A stretch of DNA of 64,000 nt, from assembly GCF_037042905.1 (NCBI RefSeq), contig NC_087251.1, positions 43,464,001 through 43,528,000 of the forward strand, in the 5' to 3' direction. The position numbers and the translations under genes were made by a program. A model generated the notes under the pieces. It saw only the letters and a program-made list of their open reading frames with translations. It had not been told where the DNA came from and did not search any database. How positions within the stretch are numbered: the stretch's first letter is position 1; each line of letters begins with the position of its first letter. This document shows positions 15,195-28,186 of the stretch, in pieces. Source of the stretch: Lytechinus pictus. Lineage: Eukaryota.

Positions 15195-17490
15195 AACAAT
15201 GGTGACTTAAGGAAGCTGCTGACATCCTTGTGTCTACTGCGGTGACTTATTAGGAATCTTTAAGTCAAGCATCATCATGCGAACAATGACGACTTGAAAC
15301 CTGCAAGCATCATCATGCGAACAGGGGCGACTTAAAGAAGCTGCATGCATCATCATGCTAACAGTGGCGACTTAAATAAGATGCATTCATCATCATGCTA
15401 ACAGTGGCGACTTAAAGAAGCTGCATGCACCCTCATGCTAACAGTGGCGACTTAAAGAAGCTGCATGCATCATCATGCTAACAGTGGCGACTTATAGAAG
15501 CTGCATGCATCCTCATGCTAACAGTGGCGACATAAGAAAGCTGCAAGCATCATCATGCTAACAATGGCGACTCAAAGAAGCTGCATGCATCATCATGCTA
15601 ACAGTGGCGACTTAAAGAAGCTATATGCATCATCATGCTAACAGTGGCGACTTAAAGAAGATGCATTCATCATCATGCTAACAGTGGCGACTTAAAGAAG
15701 CTACATGCATCATCATGCTAACAGAGGCGACCTATAGAAGCTGCATGCACCCTCATGCTAACAGTGGCGACTTAAAGAAGCTGCATGCATCATCATGCTA
15801 ACAGTGGCGACTTAAAGAAGCTATATGCATCATCATGCTAACAGTGGCGACTTAAAGAAGATGCATTCATCATCATGCTAACAGTGGGGACTTAAAGAAG
15901 CTCCATGCATCATCATGCTAACAGAGGCGACCTAAAGAAGCTGCATGCATCATCATGCTAACAGTGGCGACTTATAGAAGCTGCATGCATCCTCATGCTA
16001 ACAGTGGCGACATAAGAAAGCTACATGCATCATCATGCTAACAGAGGCGACCTAAAGAAGCTGCATGCATCATCATGCTAACAGTGGCGACTTATAGAAG
16101 CTGCATGCATCCTCATGCTAACAGTGGCGACATAAGAAAGCTGCAAGCATCATCATGCTAACAATGGCGACTTAAAGAAGCTATATGCATCATCATGCTA
16201 ACAGTGGCGACTTAAAGAAGATGCATTCATCATCATGCTAACAGTGGCGACTTAAAGAAGCTACATGCATCATCATGCTAACAGAGGCGACCTATAGAAG
16301 CTGCATGCACCCTCATGCTAACAGTGGCGACTTAAAGAAGCTGCATGCATCATCATGCTAACAGTGGCGACTTAAAGAAGCTATATGCATCATCATGCTA
16401 ACAGTGGCGACTTAAAGAAGATGCATTCATCATCATGCTAACAGTGGGGACTTAAAGAAGCTCCATGCATCATCATGCTAACAGAGGCGACCTAAAGAAG
16501 CTGCATGCATCATCATGCTAACAGTGGCGACTTATAGAAGCTGCATGCATCCTCATGCTAACAGTGGCGACATAAGAAAGCTGCAAGCATCATCATGCTA
16601 ACAATGGCGACTCAAAGAAGCTGCATGCATCATCATGATAACAGTGGCGACTTAAAGAAGCTATATGCATCATCATGCTAACAGTGGCGACTTAAAGAAG
16701 ATGCATTCATCATCATGCTAACAGTGGCGACTTAAAGAAGCTACATGCATCATCATGCTAACAGAGGCGACCTATACAAGCTGCATGCATCCTCATGCTA
16801 ACAGTGGCGACATAAGAAAGTTGAATGCATCATCATGCTAACAGTGGCGACTTAAAGAAGCTGCATGCATCAACATGCTAACAGTGGCGACTTAAGGAAG
16901 CTGCAAGCATCATCATGCTAACAGTGGCGACTTAAAGAAGCTACATGCATCATCATGCTAACAGTGGCGACTTAAGGAAGCTGCAAGCATCATCATGCTA
17001 ACAGTGGCGACTTAAAGAAGCTGCATGCATCATCATGCTAACAGTGGCGACTTAAAGAAGATGCATTCATCATCATGCTAACAGTGGCGACTTAAAGAAG
17101 CTGCATGCATCATCATGCTAACAGTGGCGACTTAAAGAAGATGCATTCATCATCATGCTAACAGTGGCGACTTAAAGAAGCTACATGCATCATCATGCTA
17201 ACAGAGGCGACCTAAAGAAGCTGCATGCATCATCATGCTAACTGTGGCGACTTAAAGAAGCTATATGCATCATCATGCTAACAGTGGCGACTTAAAGAAG
17301 CTACATGCATCATCATGCTAACAGTGACGACTTAAGGAAGCTGCAAGCATCATCATGCTAACAGAGGCGACAAAAAAAAGCTGCAAGAACACTCATTAAA
17401 TTGTGGCAACTTTATAATGAAGCTTCAAGCCTCAATTTGCAAACAGTGGCGACTTATTATGAAGCTGCAAACATCCTCATGCTAACTAGA
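15195..17490. repeat. 40-bp tandem satellite/minisatellite, about 56 units, with degenerate edges
   Basis: Unit ACAGTGGCGACTTAAAGAAGCTGCATGCATCATCATGCTA in exact 40-bp register from 15361 to about 17400; no spacers. Confidence 0.97.
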
Positions 17491-18274
17491 AACTTCCTCC
17501 ATTTATAAGTTCCCTACCGTCCCCATATACCCCGAGAATCATAACAAAATGCACCCTTTCATGCTTGACAACTATATATTATTAGTCGTATTCAATACCA
17601 TTTACTTACACACGGATGATATTCATGATAGCTGAAATGTGAAGTACGAAATTGATATCTTTGATGCAATACGGAAGAAATATGTTCTAATCTTATTATG
17701 CAAGAATAGCCTGGCAATAAGGCAATAATCAAGAATAGAGTACTCGCAGAGTTTGAGACAACTCACCCAACGATTTTGGCGTCTTTACACACCCAGCTCG
17801 TGCCGAATGCACTTAGATGCGCTCCAGAAACCACACTTTGTAAAAGATTCAGCAGTGAAAAGGAAACGCCGAGAGAAGAGTGTAAGAGAGGGGGTGAGAG
17901 AGAGAGAGAGAGAGAGCGACGAAAAGGAGAGAGAGGGGGGGGGGTATAAGGAAGGATAATCAATTATCTTATATATCAATGTCTAGTTGAATTTTTGTAT
18001 GGTTGCTTAGGGATTTTTGGAGGGTAATATGATGCGGTAAGACACCACGAGAGGGGTGCAAGGAAGGGAGCGAATGGGTGAGATACCAAGATAATGAGAA
18101 TAAATCTAACATGACATAAACTGTTCGTGTTTGATGTAAACTCGGTCACCATCGGTGACTAAAGTAGGTTATGCATCTATGATAATCGTCATCTTTCATC
18201 TGTAATTGAACATAGGCTTATAATCTAACTGGGACAATACAATAAAAAATGCTAAAAGCTCAATTCATTCCACC

Positions 18275-20116
18275 CAAGTTCAAGTTTATTTAAACCAATC
18301 AAAACAAGAGACATATTTATACATAGTTTAACAAGAAATGAGAATACATGATAGGTTTGGGACCACATAGAAGCAGAGCTTGTGAGAGGGGCCCCTTATA
18401 CAGTACAGTACAGCAAGAATGAGATGAAGAATATATACAATGATAATCTAGAGAGTAATTAAGAAAAGTACATACAAAAATACACACACATACGCACCCT
18501 TACGCACACATAATATGGTTTGTCAAGATTCAATTAAAGACACTTTGTAATCTTTCAAATAAATATTTTCGACATGAATTTTTAAATATGGGCAGTGTTG
18601 GACTGGATCTAAAGCTTTGTGGTAACTTATTCCATTCTTTGATACAAACCATCACAAAAGAATTCAAAGCAGTATTTGTTCTTGCAAGTGGTTGGTGGAT
18701 AAGATTTTTCTGCCGTGTATTGTACAAATGGACATTCGAGTTAACAACAAATGCATCTTTTAAAATGAACAGTTTTGAGAGGATTGTGATTTGTACATAA
18801 ATATCAAACAATTGAAGGAGACTAAATCATCAAGAGGCAAAATCTTCAATTGCAGAAATAAAGGGATACTTGGACATCTGTAATTCGAATAAGTTATGAG
18901 CCTCATAACTTTCTTCTGAAGAATTAGCAGTTTGTTTAAATGGTTCCTATACGTATTTCCCCCGCATACATTCGTAATTCCGAAGCTTCGTTATTCCGAA
19001 GGTTCGGATATTCCGAAGGTTCGTTATTCCGAAGGTTCGTATTTCCGAAGGTTCGTAATTCCGAAGGTTCGTTAGTCCGAAAACGAAGTGAGGTTCGTAA
19101 TTCCGAAGTTTCGTTAATCCGAAAACGAAATGAGGTTCGAAATTCCGAAGGTTCGTTAGTCCGAAGACGAAATGATTAACGAACCGTATTTCGTTTTCGG
19201 ACTAATGAACCTTCGGAACAACGAACCTTATTTTGTTTTCGGATTAAAGAACCTTCCGAACAACGAACTTTATTTCGTTTTCGGATTATCGATCCTTCGG
19301 AATAACGAACCTTCGGAATAACGCCACAAATGTTCGGATTAACGAACCCTTTTACGTTTTCGGATTAACGAACATCGAGGTATAGGCAATTTACGTGTTT
19401 CGGAATTACGAACCTTCGGAATAAAGAACCTTCGGAATTACGAACCTTCGGAATTACGAAGTGTAACCGTTTCCCCATGCAACATTACAATAATTTAAGT
19501 GTGGCATAATAATAGCATTGTAAAGAGTTACTAAGGTCTGCTGAGGTAGAGAGAAACGTAACTTATAAATGACACCAACACTCCTTGATACCTTAGTACA
19601 AACATAACTGATGTGATTTTTCCATGATAAATGATCATCAACTACAACTCCCAAAAACCTTACATCTTGACTTCGATTGATCTGATGGCCACCGATTGAT
19701 AATGGATTAGTATCTTCAGGGACTCTTTTACCCCTTGTTCTAAAGACAACGTATTGAGTTTTACTAGCATTTAATAAAAGCTTGTTACAGCAAAACCATT
19801 TAAATATATTTTTAATTTCATTGTTAGTTTAAAATATAAGAGTATGCATATCTTTGTGATGGGAAAGTAAGCAAGTATCATCTGCGAATAGTGAATAAGT
19901 AAACAATTTTGATGAATTCATAATGTCATTAATATAAATCAAGAACAATAATGGACCCAGAACCGAGCCTTGGGGCACACCACATTTAACCTCCTTAGAT
20001 TGTGATTTAACTCCATTAATCATTACATACTGACATCTATTCTTTAAGTAGATTTTAAACCAACTTAAGGCTGCCCCACGAACACCATAATGTTCAAGCT
20101 TGTACAATAATATATC
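18275..20116 (-). mobile_element. 5'-truncated CR1/L2-group LINE (RT C-terminal half, 3' UTR and tail), interrupted by an insertion
   Basis: KLEHYGVRG...GVPQGSVLGPLLFLIYIND...LFADDT; GVVVDDHLSWKNHI; PHLNYCNVAWG; HLYNTR; WNKLP; 3' end AATAAACTTGAACTTG. Confidence 0.92.
18963..19469. mobile_element. Palindromic non-autonomous element built of TTCCGAAGGTTCGT repeats; 7-bp TSD
   Basis: TTTCCCC duplicated at 18956-18962 and 19470-19476; removing the element restores the LINE frame AWGNTYRNHLNKLLILQKK. Confidence 0.88.
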
Positions 20117-23100
20117 TCTTTTTATTATAGTTTTAATGTCCTTCTTTGTTCAACCCTCTCCGCCTTGTCACACTGTTCCGTCTGAATGTCTTTTCGATTT
20201 TTATTTCAATTGCTTTTATCTAACATTGAGATATATTCATCTTAAGTTCTGCTGATGTAACAAAAAGTCACTTCCAATCTATGATATGCGTACCTAGGAT
20301 ATAAGCAACGTCCATGAATACCTTGACATTTAGTTGCTTTAAGTGGTATTTAAAAATGATTGATGAAAAATGATGGAAAATAACCGCGGCAATAATTTCC
20401 TCGCATCATTGTACGTTGTTGCTTGTTTATTGGTCCTGCGTTCTTTCTCTAGTAATCTTTGTGCAATCTTTCCACTGTCCCAACCAAATCTTCCCTGCTT
20501 CTTAATGTTTCTTTCTACTTTTTAAAATCTTTTCCAATTTACATGGATTTGTTTTTATTTTCCAATATTCAGCACAAATCCCAAGCCACGGAGGAACATA
20601 TCGCATGCATGTAATCAAACGTCAGGGTGTCTCGAATCGAAATTTGATGGAAACAAACTACAGAAAGAAGATATCCCTAGTCAATCCCTATTCTACATCG
20701 AAATGTATATAATCATCACATTCTCCGAGCGCCTGGGTGTGAGTTAGACCATATACTAGGAATGCTATCTGTGGTGCTGTGTCGCCATTCGAATTACAAC
20801 CGTAATCTAATCTCTACGGGAACATCAATAATTCGTCATGGGCGCCTGATTAAAGGCTAAAAGCCCTGCACTGTCCTGAAAACGTGCTTCAGATTTCATT
20901 CCATTAGGCCTGTTTGATCTTTGGCAACAAGGTGTTGATCTTTCGCGCGCTTTGCTAATTGCATAATGTCGTCTGTCTCCGGCATTCTGATTTTTAAGAC
21001 AAAACAAAAACAAAATGATTCCGACGGTCAGAGAGATGGACGAATTCAACATTTTAGCTGGTAATCTGTATATGACCTGAAGTTGATCCATAACATGTTC
21101 TCTCTAATTACAGCTCTAAATCTCAATCCGCCCACCAGTATATTTCGTCGTTACAACAACCTCTCTTTCTCCCTCTTATACGTATCCGTTACCCCCCCCC
21201 CTTCTCTCATGTTCTCTCTCTCTCTCTCTTTCACTCCTGTCTCCTTTATTTTGCACTGTCTTCCATTTTGTTAATTTTTATTAATATATCATTATTTTCT
21301 TTAAAAAATATTATTCTGTTCATTTAGCTTATCTGTCAAAAAAAAAATGCATGCAAAGTTTGCATGTGGAGATTAAGCAACGTCGTACAACTCATGAATA
21401 CTTGGTTAATACCTTATCTCCCCCTTTTGCGTTCTCCGAGAACCACTTCTCTCACTCGAGTTAATCCCCCTCTCTTTCCCTTCCGCTTTCATTCCTTTCC
21501 TCTCATTTTATTTCTCTTGTAATTTCCTCTTCATAACTACAATCATACTTTTACTGAAGTCATATCAATTGCTTACATTGCAATTCGGGCGTTTCACTCT
21601 CAGTCCCACCGGTATCCTTTCCGGCTTTTCTTTTTCTTTCTCGGCCTATTGTCAGCATCAAAACCAACTTGAGAGTGCAATGATGGTTGATTGAGTAGAA
21701 TTCTTCGTGCACTGTCTGTGATAATGAGTTGTCAACGTTCATATCCTATCCATTTTACCTGATTGCAACTACGTCAACGGCACAGGCCAGAAAAATAATG
21801 ATTAAGACTCTAAACAAAACCCTTACCTATCCAGATATATTTCCTCTAAGTCAAAGCTATCAATCAGAGAATCAGTTAGTAAAGGACAATTCGTATACAA
21901 ACTAAAAAAGCCGGTAATTAGTGACCTCCCAATGATATGCTATACCCTAATCACGTTCTTGAACTTTGACCTTGAAATCACTTTTCACAGTCAAGGTTTC
22001 TAGACATATCAAAAGTTCACAAACTCTGACCTACCTTTGATCTGCCATTAGAAGGTCGGCGGACAACTATTCAATTTAGTTTATATCGACATTTTACGAA
22101 GTAGACATGAAAACTTAATTCATCTTTTTTAATAAACAGCACTACAAAATGATGTAATGCATATAAGTTGGTATGTTGTGCATTTAACAACTTATCTGTA
22201 TTATATGCATGACTTGCCATATAGGGGAGGCATAATCCGAGTAGGAACTTAATTCATGAAGTGATAGAAAGAAAATAACTAGTATATAGCATTGTTTTTC
22301 AAGGGAAGCTAAGACAAAATTAGAAGGAATAGCGTTTATAAAGTCTCAAAATAAACACATATTGATATCGAGGAAATCTTACCGCCTGAATCCCCCACTC
22401 CCCCCCCCCAAAAAAAAATTACTTGCTCGGCATTCCACATCTGAAACTTTTTAACACGACAATGAATTTTACACGAAGAGGATATTTTGCACTAGAACTC
22501 ACAACTTCCAGCCAATCACAGGGAAAAATCCTTGTCACGTGGATTATACATTTGTTCATTCTTCCAGTGAAAGGTGTCTTATAGGTTTTCTGAATTGTAA
22601 ACATAATTATTTTACCTGGATCAGATGTGACGAACTTGCATCTTCTACTCCCGACGACCTACGTTAAAAACGGCCGTGAAGAACCATGTCAAACGCGAGA
22701 AATCCGTTAAGCGCAGTCAGACCGGTTAAACGATTCCAGACCGATCAAAGCTATTATCGTATTACCGATGGAACACCATCGACTGGTTTGGAGTCGGTGG
22801 CGTTGATGTGACAGCAGCGGCATTTATGGATGCAATGTTGCGAGGAACATGATCACTTTCGAAGAGCATACCGGTAAGCACCCAAGGAATGCTCATGCAT
22901 TATTTTAGAATAAATACATCAACTGACCTTCGAATTTGGCTGACATCTTTCCGAATACATTAAGAGGTGACATCCTCTTGATCCTGGCACACTTTTAGTT
23001 TCTTCTTGACAGTTCAACCCTGATGATCCCCGATTTCAGATTCCAGTGATATCTTATTTCTGCCATCAATCCATCGATAGGTCATGCACCTGTGACCCCT

Positions 23101-24149
23101 TCCGGGTCATCTGATACGATGATGACGTCACTTTCTGCGTCATCCAAGGGAAAGTCCTTACCTGGATATACCGAATACCTTCACCGAACTTCACCTTACC
23201 CTTCAGAAAAATACACCTTCTTTAGCGACTTTCACGACTACATTAGTCATTAATTCTGAGCCAACAGTAATGCCAACAAGCATAAGTCACATTTTGAAAT
23301 AAATAAATTTTGTCCGATAAACTTTGAATCTTCGTATTCTAGTTGTACCATGTGATAGAGACAAAGCTGGATCTAACCGTAAAGAAAATAGTCCCATTTT
23401 CCTGTAGGGGAATCAAAAGCTATGTGGAGGTGTAAAATATGATAGATAAATTTATCCTCCTCAATAAATGATTTGAAAACGTCATCGTCGCCGTCTTCTT
23501 GTTAAAAGTAAAGGCAGAAATATGCATGGAATCCTAAATTTGCACAATCTTTGTCACAATAGACTAGATTTTTTTATCTAGGGAAAAGGGTAACCGTTTG
23601 TTGTATTTCCTGATGCCTATAGTCGAACGAACTCTAAAATCATGATAATATATGTACATGTACAAAACAGACTTTAAGAAATACAAAATTAGTGAATTTC
23701 TTTCATTCCATTTTTGTTTTCCGAGAGTCAAAGACAGATAGGCAGAAAAGACATGAGGTGGAAGAAGGGAACGAAAGAGAAGGGGAAGAGAACATTGATA
23801 TGTAGTTGGACGTTGATGATGCAGGGAGGGGGAGAGAGTGGGAGAGCGAGAGGGGTGAGAAAGAGAGAGAGAGAGAGTGAGGGAAAAGGGAGTGATGGAG
23901 ATGGAGAGAAGGAGAGAGATAAAGGGCGAGAGAGGAGAGAGAGGAATGTTGAAGATGGAGAAGTATAAAGAGAAAGGGTGATAGAGGGAGAGAGGGAGGG
24001 GATGAAAGAGAAAGGGAGCGATGGAGAGAGATTGAGATAGGGGAAGTGGGATGACAATGGGATCGGAAACACATTAACACGAACATCGTCTTCTTCATGG
24101 TGAAATCTTCAATTTCTCATCTCTCCTTTTCAGGCACTTGCATGTTGAA

Positions 24150-24312
24150 CCGGGGGGCGTTTCATGAAAGGACTTGTCAGACGTTTTATCCGACAAGTCC
24201 CATTTTATCCGACAGTTACCATAGGGACAAGGCCTCTCAGCCAATCAAAATCATGGAAAGATGTCAGATCTGACAACTTGTCGGATGAAAATATTGATGA
24301 AACGCTCTCCAG
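24150..24312. mobile_element. About 163-bp MITE; second copy at 56073-56235
   Basis: Ends GGGGGGCGTTTCAT...ATGAAAC(A/G)CTC(C/T)CCAG; two closely similar copies. Confidence 0.8.
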
Positions 24313-27300
24313 GTTACGCAATTGACAATCAAGACACACATTCCATGTCTGGGCCCGTTACACCAATGTAATCATTATTGATCGTTTGACTTCATCTTAC
24401 GATTGATCATACACAATAATCAATGCAATCAATCGTAGACATCAGCCTTACGATCAATCGCTAAGCTTCATGTTACGAGGCACTAGCCTTACCGTGTGTA
24501 TTTCTCATCCATCCATTAAAACCAATCAGCGGGTCCTCTGCATACCTCTACACTGGATATTAGTTAAACAAATTAGGGAAGCTACGTAAACACCATACTC
24601 CAGCCAATTAGAATAGCGATCTACCTGCTCCGTTGTTATTGCCAATTTGCTGTCATTTAGGGCAATTTCTAATTTTCATCAATTTTCTACATGGGTGACG
24701 TTGTATTATGCCCATGCACACATGGTACAGGAGGAAATGTAGGCAAAATTTATGAGTTGTTAAACGGTTTTTACATCTAAACTAACATTTCCGATAGGGT
24801 TAAATTCCCAAATAAGAAAATAGCTCATCACCGATTGATGTAAAATCAATATTAAACTTGTGCGTATTCTGATGGATGCAAGTTACACCTAAAAGTCCCC
24901 CAGTATTTATTTTTAGCAATTATGTATATCAATGGAATTCATGTACTTATTCAACAACTGATTTTATGTATAAAAGTGTATATAGCAATTTTTCATCTTT
25001 AGTGAAGTGAAATTGTTATTTACTTCAAAAGATACATCTAGCTTTAATATGGAGAGTATTACTTGAAGAAATCTAGTGGACTCATGAATTTACTGCCAAG
25101 AAATCACAGTTTGCTTGTTTAAAATCTCTGAAAATTAATTGCTTTAAATCCTCACCTTGATAGGCTGGTATATCAAAAAAGTACTATAGACAATTAGATT
25201 TTGTTTCGAACCTCGACCCAATGATAAGACGTAACTAATGTTTTATACGGATAATGACATTCACCACCAAGATCCATATAAAAACACACATGAATAAATT
25301 AATGTCATGATTCTAATTTCTTTACTTTATACGCCCCCTGCCTTTCAATGACTTCACATCTCCTTACGATGTCTAATTCTTGACAGACTACAAACAACAC
25401 TTACACCTCCAATACATCTTATACATACATCCAACTCTCTATTATTCATGTATACATTCTATCAAACAAAGTTCTTCAATTACATAGCATTCGAGTGAAC
25501 CTCAGCATACCTGGGGTACACAAGGTCTCGAGTACCATCTTAGCTTGACACAAAAATGGTCAATTAATCCTATTTCCGGAGCACATTCGTCGTTTCGTGA
25601 CCAGAAATGGAACACTATTTCCTCCACTCTCTCTTGATTTCCATACCAGATCTAGAACATGGAGGCTTCGTTCACCGAGCAACCTTGGTTAGCACCGTAC
25701 TTGACCTTTCAGTAAAACGAATTTGAAACATTAAACGCATTTGAAGGAAGGCGCTGATACTGCAATTACATAATTCACTAGAGAGTCTTACCTTCACCAA
25801 TCTCCTCTAAGTCGAAAATCTTCTTACAGCCATCCGCTAAATGGATTTTCTTGAGAAAAAAAAAACTAGGATGAAAGCATGGGGTAAATCCTTGGGTCTT
25901 TATCTTTCACCATGATCTAAGTCAGTCTTACAGCGATTCTTTCGTTTAAAAAAAAACTTTAAAGAGCAAACTCCATTAACTCTCTCACTTGTCAAATCAG
26001 GAGTGGTATAACTGAAACAAAGTGGTTACAAATAGACATCCTTGTCAAACACCAACATCGTTTGAACGTTAGAAGTATTGTTTACTCGAATAGACACACT
26101 TACATCATTAAGAATACAAGGTTTGGGTAATCCTGTGACGAAATCAAATACGCAAATCATTTGATGATTCGGGTTAGTTTTTAGTGGAAACCACAAAGCA
26201 TCGCAAATATGACAAAATAGAAAGAGTCTGCGCTATTGAGTATCGTTTTGAAAGCCGGCATTGGAAGTGTTTCTCTTCTGCTAAATCAGAGCTCGGCGAG
26301 CAACTTGTTAAGAGAGTGCAAACGATAGAGGGGGATGCGTACACTTTTTGCGGTTATCAAACAGAAGATGGCTAACTACTATTTAGTAATAATCATGTAC
26401 TGACGCAATGGATGCGGTAAAGCCAACGCGCACTTTCCATTTAAAATGAAATACATGCCCATCGTAAACGTGTTTACTTTCTGTATTGACCACTGCTTTA
26501 TCAATGCAGAGCGAGAGAACTTTGGTTGCATAATTATTGGTTTCTCGTAATGTATCAAGTCCATTTTGATGGATAGATTGGCAGCTTTGATCTACATTTA
26601 AAAACACAAAATCCTTCAAGTTCCATTAACAACATATTTCACTCAATCAACTTCCAGAGGTATATACAGTAGATGTACAGAGGTAGGAAAGTGCAAGTTT
26701 TCTGGTCAGTTGCCACCTGTCAGAGCTCTCTAGGGAAGCATCTCATGTTTGCTGTTTTGCTTATTTTTAAAGTCCAGAGAGATGTTTAGGAGACTGAGTG
26801 AATTCGTTATTTACCGTGACAGATTTTGAATATTGATGTTGCACCCACCATCGGTCACTAAATGGTTGTGAAATTTAAAATATCATCGATTTCTCTTCAG
26901 AACGAACAATAAACAAATTAGATTTTGTCCATAATACGATGGTTTACACTTTATACATAATTATGCATGCAAGAAATGGCAAAGGGAAAAGAAGTTGCTT
27001 CTGAAGATGACAAGAAAAAGCTTTTCTTTTGAGACAATAAGAACATTCTTGTAGAGTTTGGGTAGTCGTTTTCAGGACCAATACATGCCCACTAAAAGTT
27101 TAATTATGGTGTTCCGTAAAACCTCTACACTGAAGACAGGGGTGAAAAGATTAGATACAATATGAATATGCTGTAGTTGATGACAACTTGTAAAAATAAC
27201 TCCGCAAAATATAATAAAGTGTATATGACATTTATCTCAGACTAATGATCGATCAATAATCGATCAATAATGAAACTGCTATCAATCAATCAATCAGTAA

Positions 27301-27578
27301 GCTTTCATCAGAGTATACATTTGTTCATTCTGTGTCTTAAGACAATAAAACAGTGATTTTACGATCAACAAACAACAATCGGTCAACGAATAAGGCAATC
27401 AATCGATCAATCAATCAGCCAATCGGCTAAACAAACTTCCATTTATTTTGTCCGTCGTACTATTATGTTTGGGCAAACATCAACCAGAAAAAATAGCATC
27501 AACCAGCACGAACACGACAGCCAGAATAATCTACGATAGATGAACATATATATATATATATATATTATATATATCAGA

Positions 27579-27617
27579 TACCTGAAGAAGGCCTAACTAA
27601 ATGGCCGAAAGCTTGTA
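27579..27617 (+). ncRNA. Minimal type I hammerhead ribozyme motif in a Penelope-like pLTR fragment (about 27575-27683)
   Basis: TAC-CTGAAGA-A-GGCC(9 nt)GGCC-GAAA-GC-TT-GTA, then AATAAA; (TA)n on both sides. Confidence 0.65.
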
Positions 27618-28032
27618 CTAATAAAAGTTGAAGAAATACAGGCTACGTCTCTAGCTTCAATGCTTTTTGAGCTTCTTCGCCAATATATATATATATTATA
27701 TATTCTCTTTATCTATTGTTTTTCAAATCTTCATTGTACACTACTCCCTCTGTCCCCGCACACATGCATTCAGTCAAACACACCTTTTCTTCCACCCTCC
27801 CACACACTTACCCCACAGCAATCTTCACTCACACCCTTGCTTTTCATACAAACACAGACACACACACCCACAAAAACCTCCACACCCACCCAAACACACC
27901 CACTCATTTCTCAGGCTTTCTCATCCCCTCGCTGAATCCACCCCCCCCCCAATCCCCACCCTAGCTCCCTTTCGGTCTTCTCTATCGTTTCATTCCTTGC
28001 GTCCGTCGTCTATCGGTCAATCTGCTGGCTAA

Positions 28033-28186
28033 CTAGGGGCCCGTTGCAGAAAGTGTTGCAATCAATCGCAACTCTAAAAATCATGCGCAACGTGATTTTC
28101 TACCAATCAACAGCGCGCATTTGGGACTTGCGATTGATTTTTTTTTACTTGCGTTTAAACGCAACTCTTTCTGCAACGGACCCCAG
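28033..28186. mobile_element. Short palindromic MITE; a similar class occurs at about 42517-42740
   Basis: GGGGCCCGTTGCAGAAAG...CTTTCTGCAACGGACCCC. Confidence 0.7.

Noticed and set aside
15195..17490. CRISPR-like array, or a coding repeat from the CATCATCAT words
   Set aside because: Units are contiguous with no unique spacers, there are no cas genes, the context is eukaryotic, and the 40-bp period with frequent stops gives no ORF
18940..19179. ORF with repeated RNSEGS
   Set aside because: Translation of the tandem units of the inserted palindromic element
21820..23220. Possible minus-strand exons (several CTTACC donor-like words in GC-balanced sequence)
   Set aside because: No consistent open frame or recognisable protein; a non-coding transcript cannot be excluded
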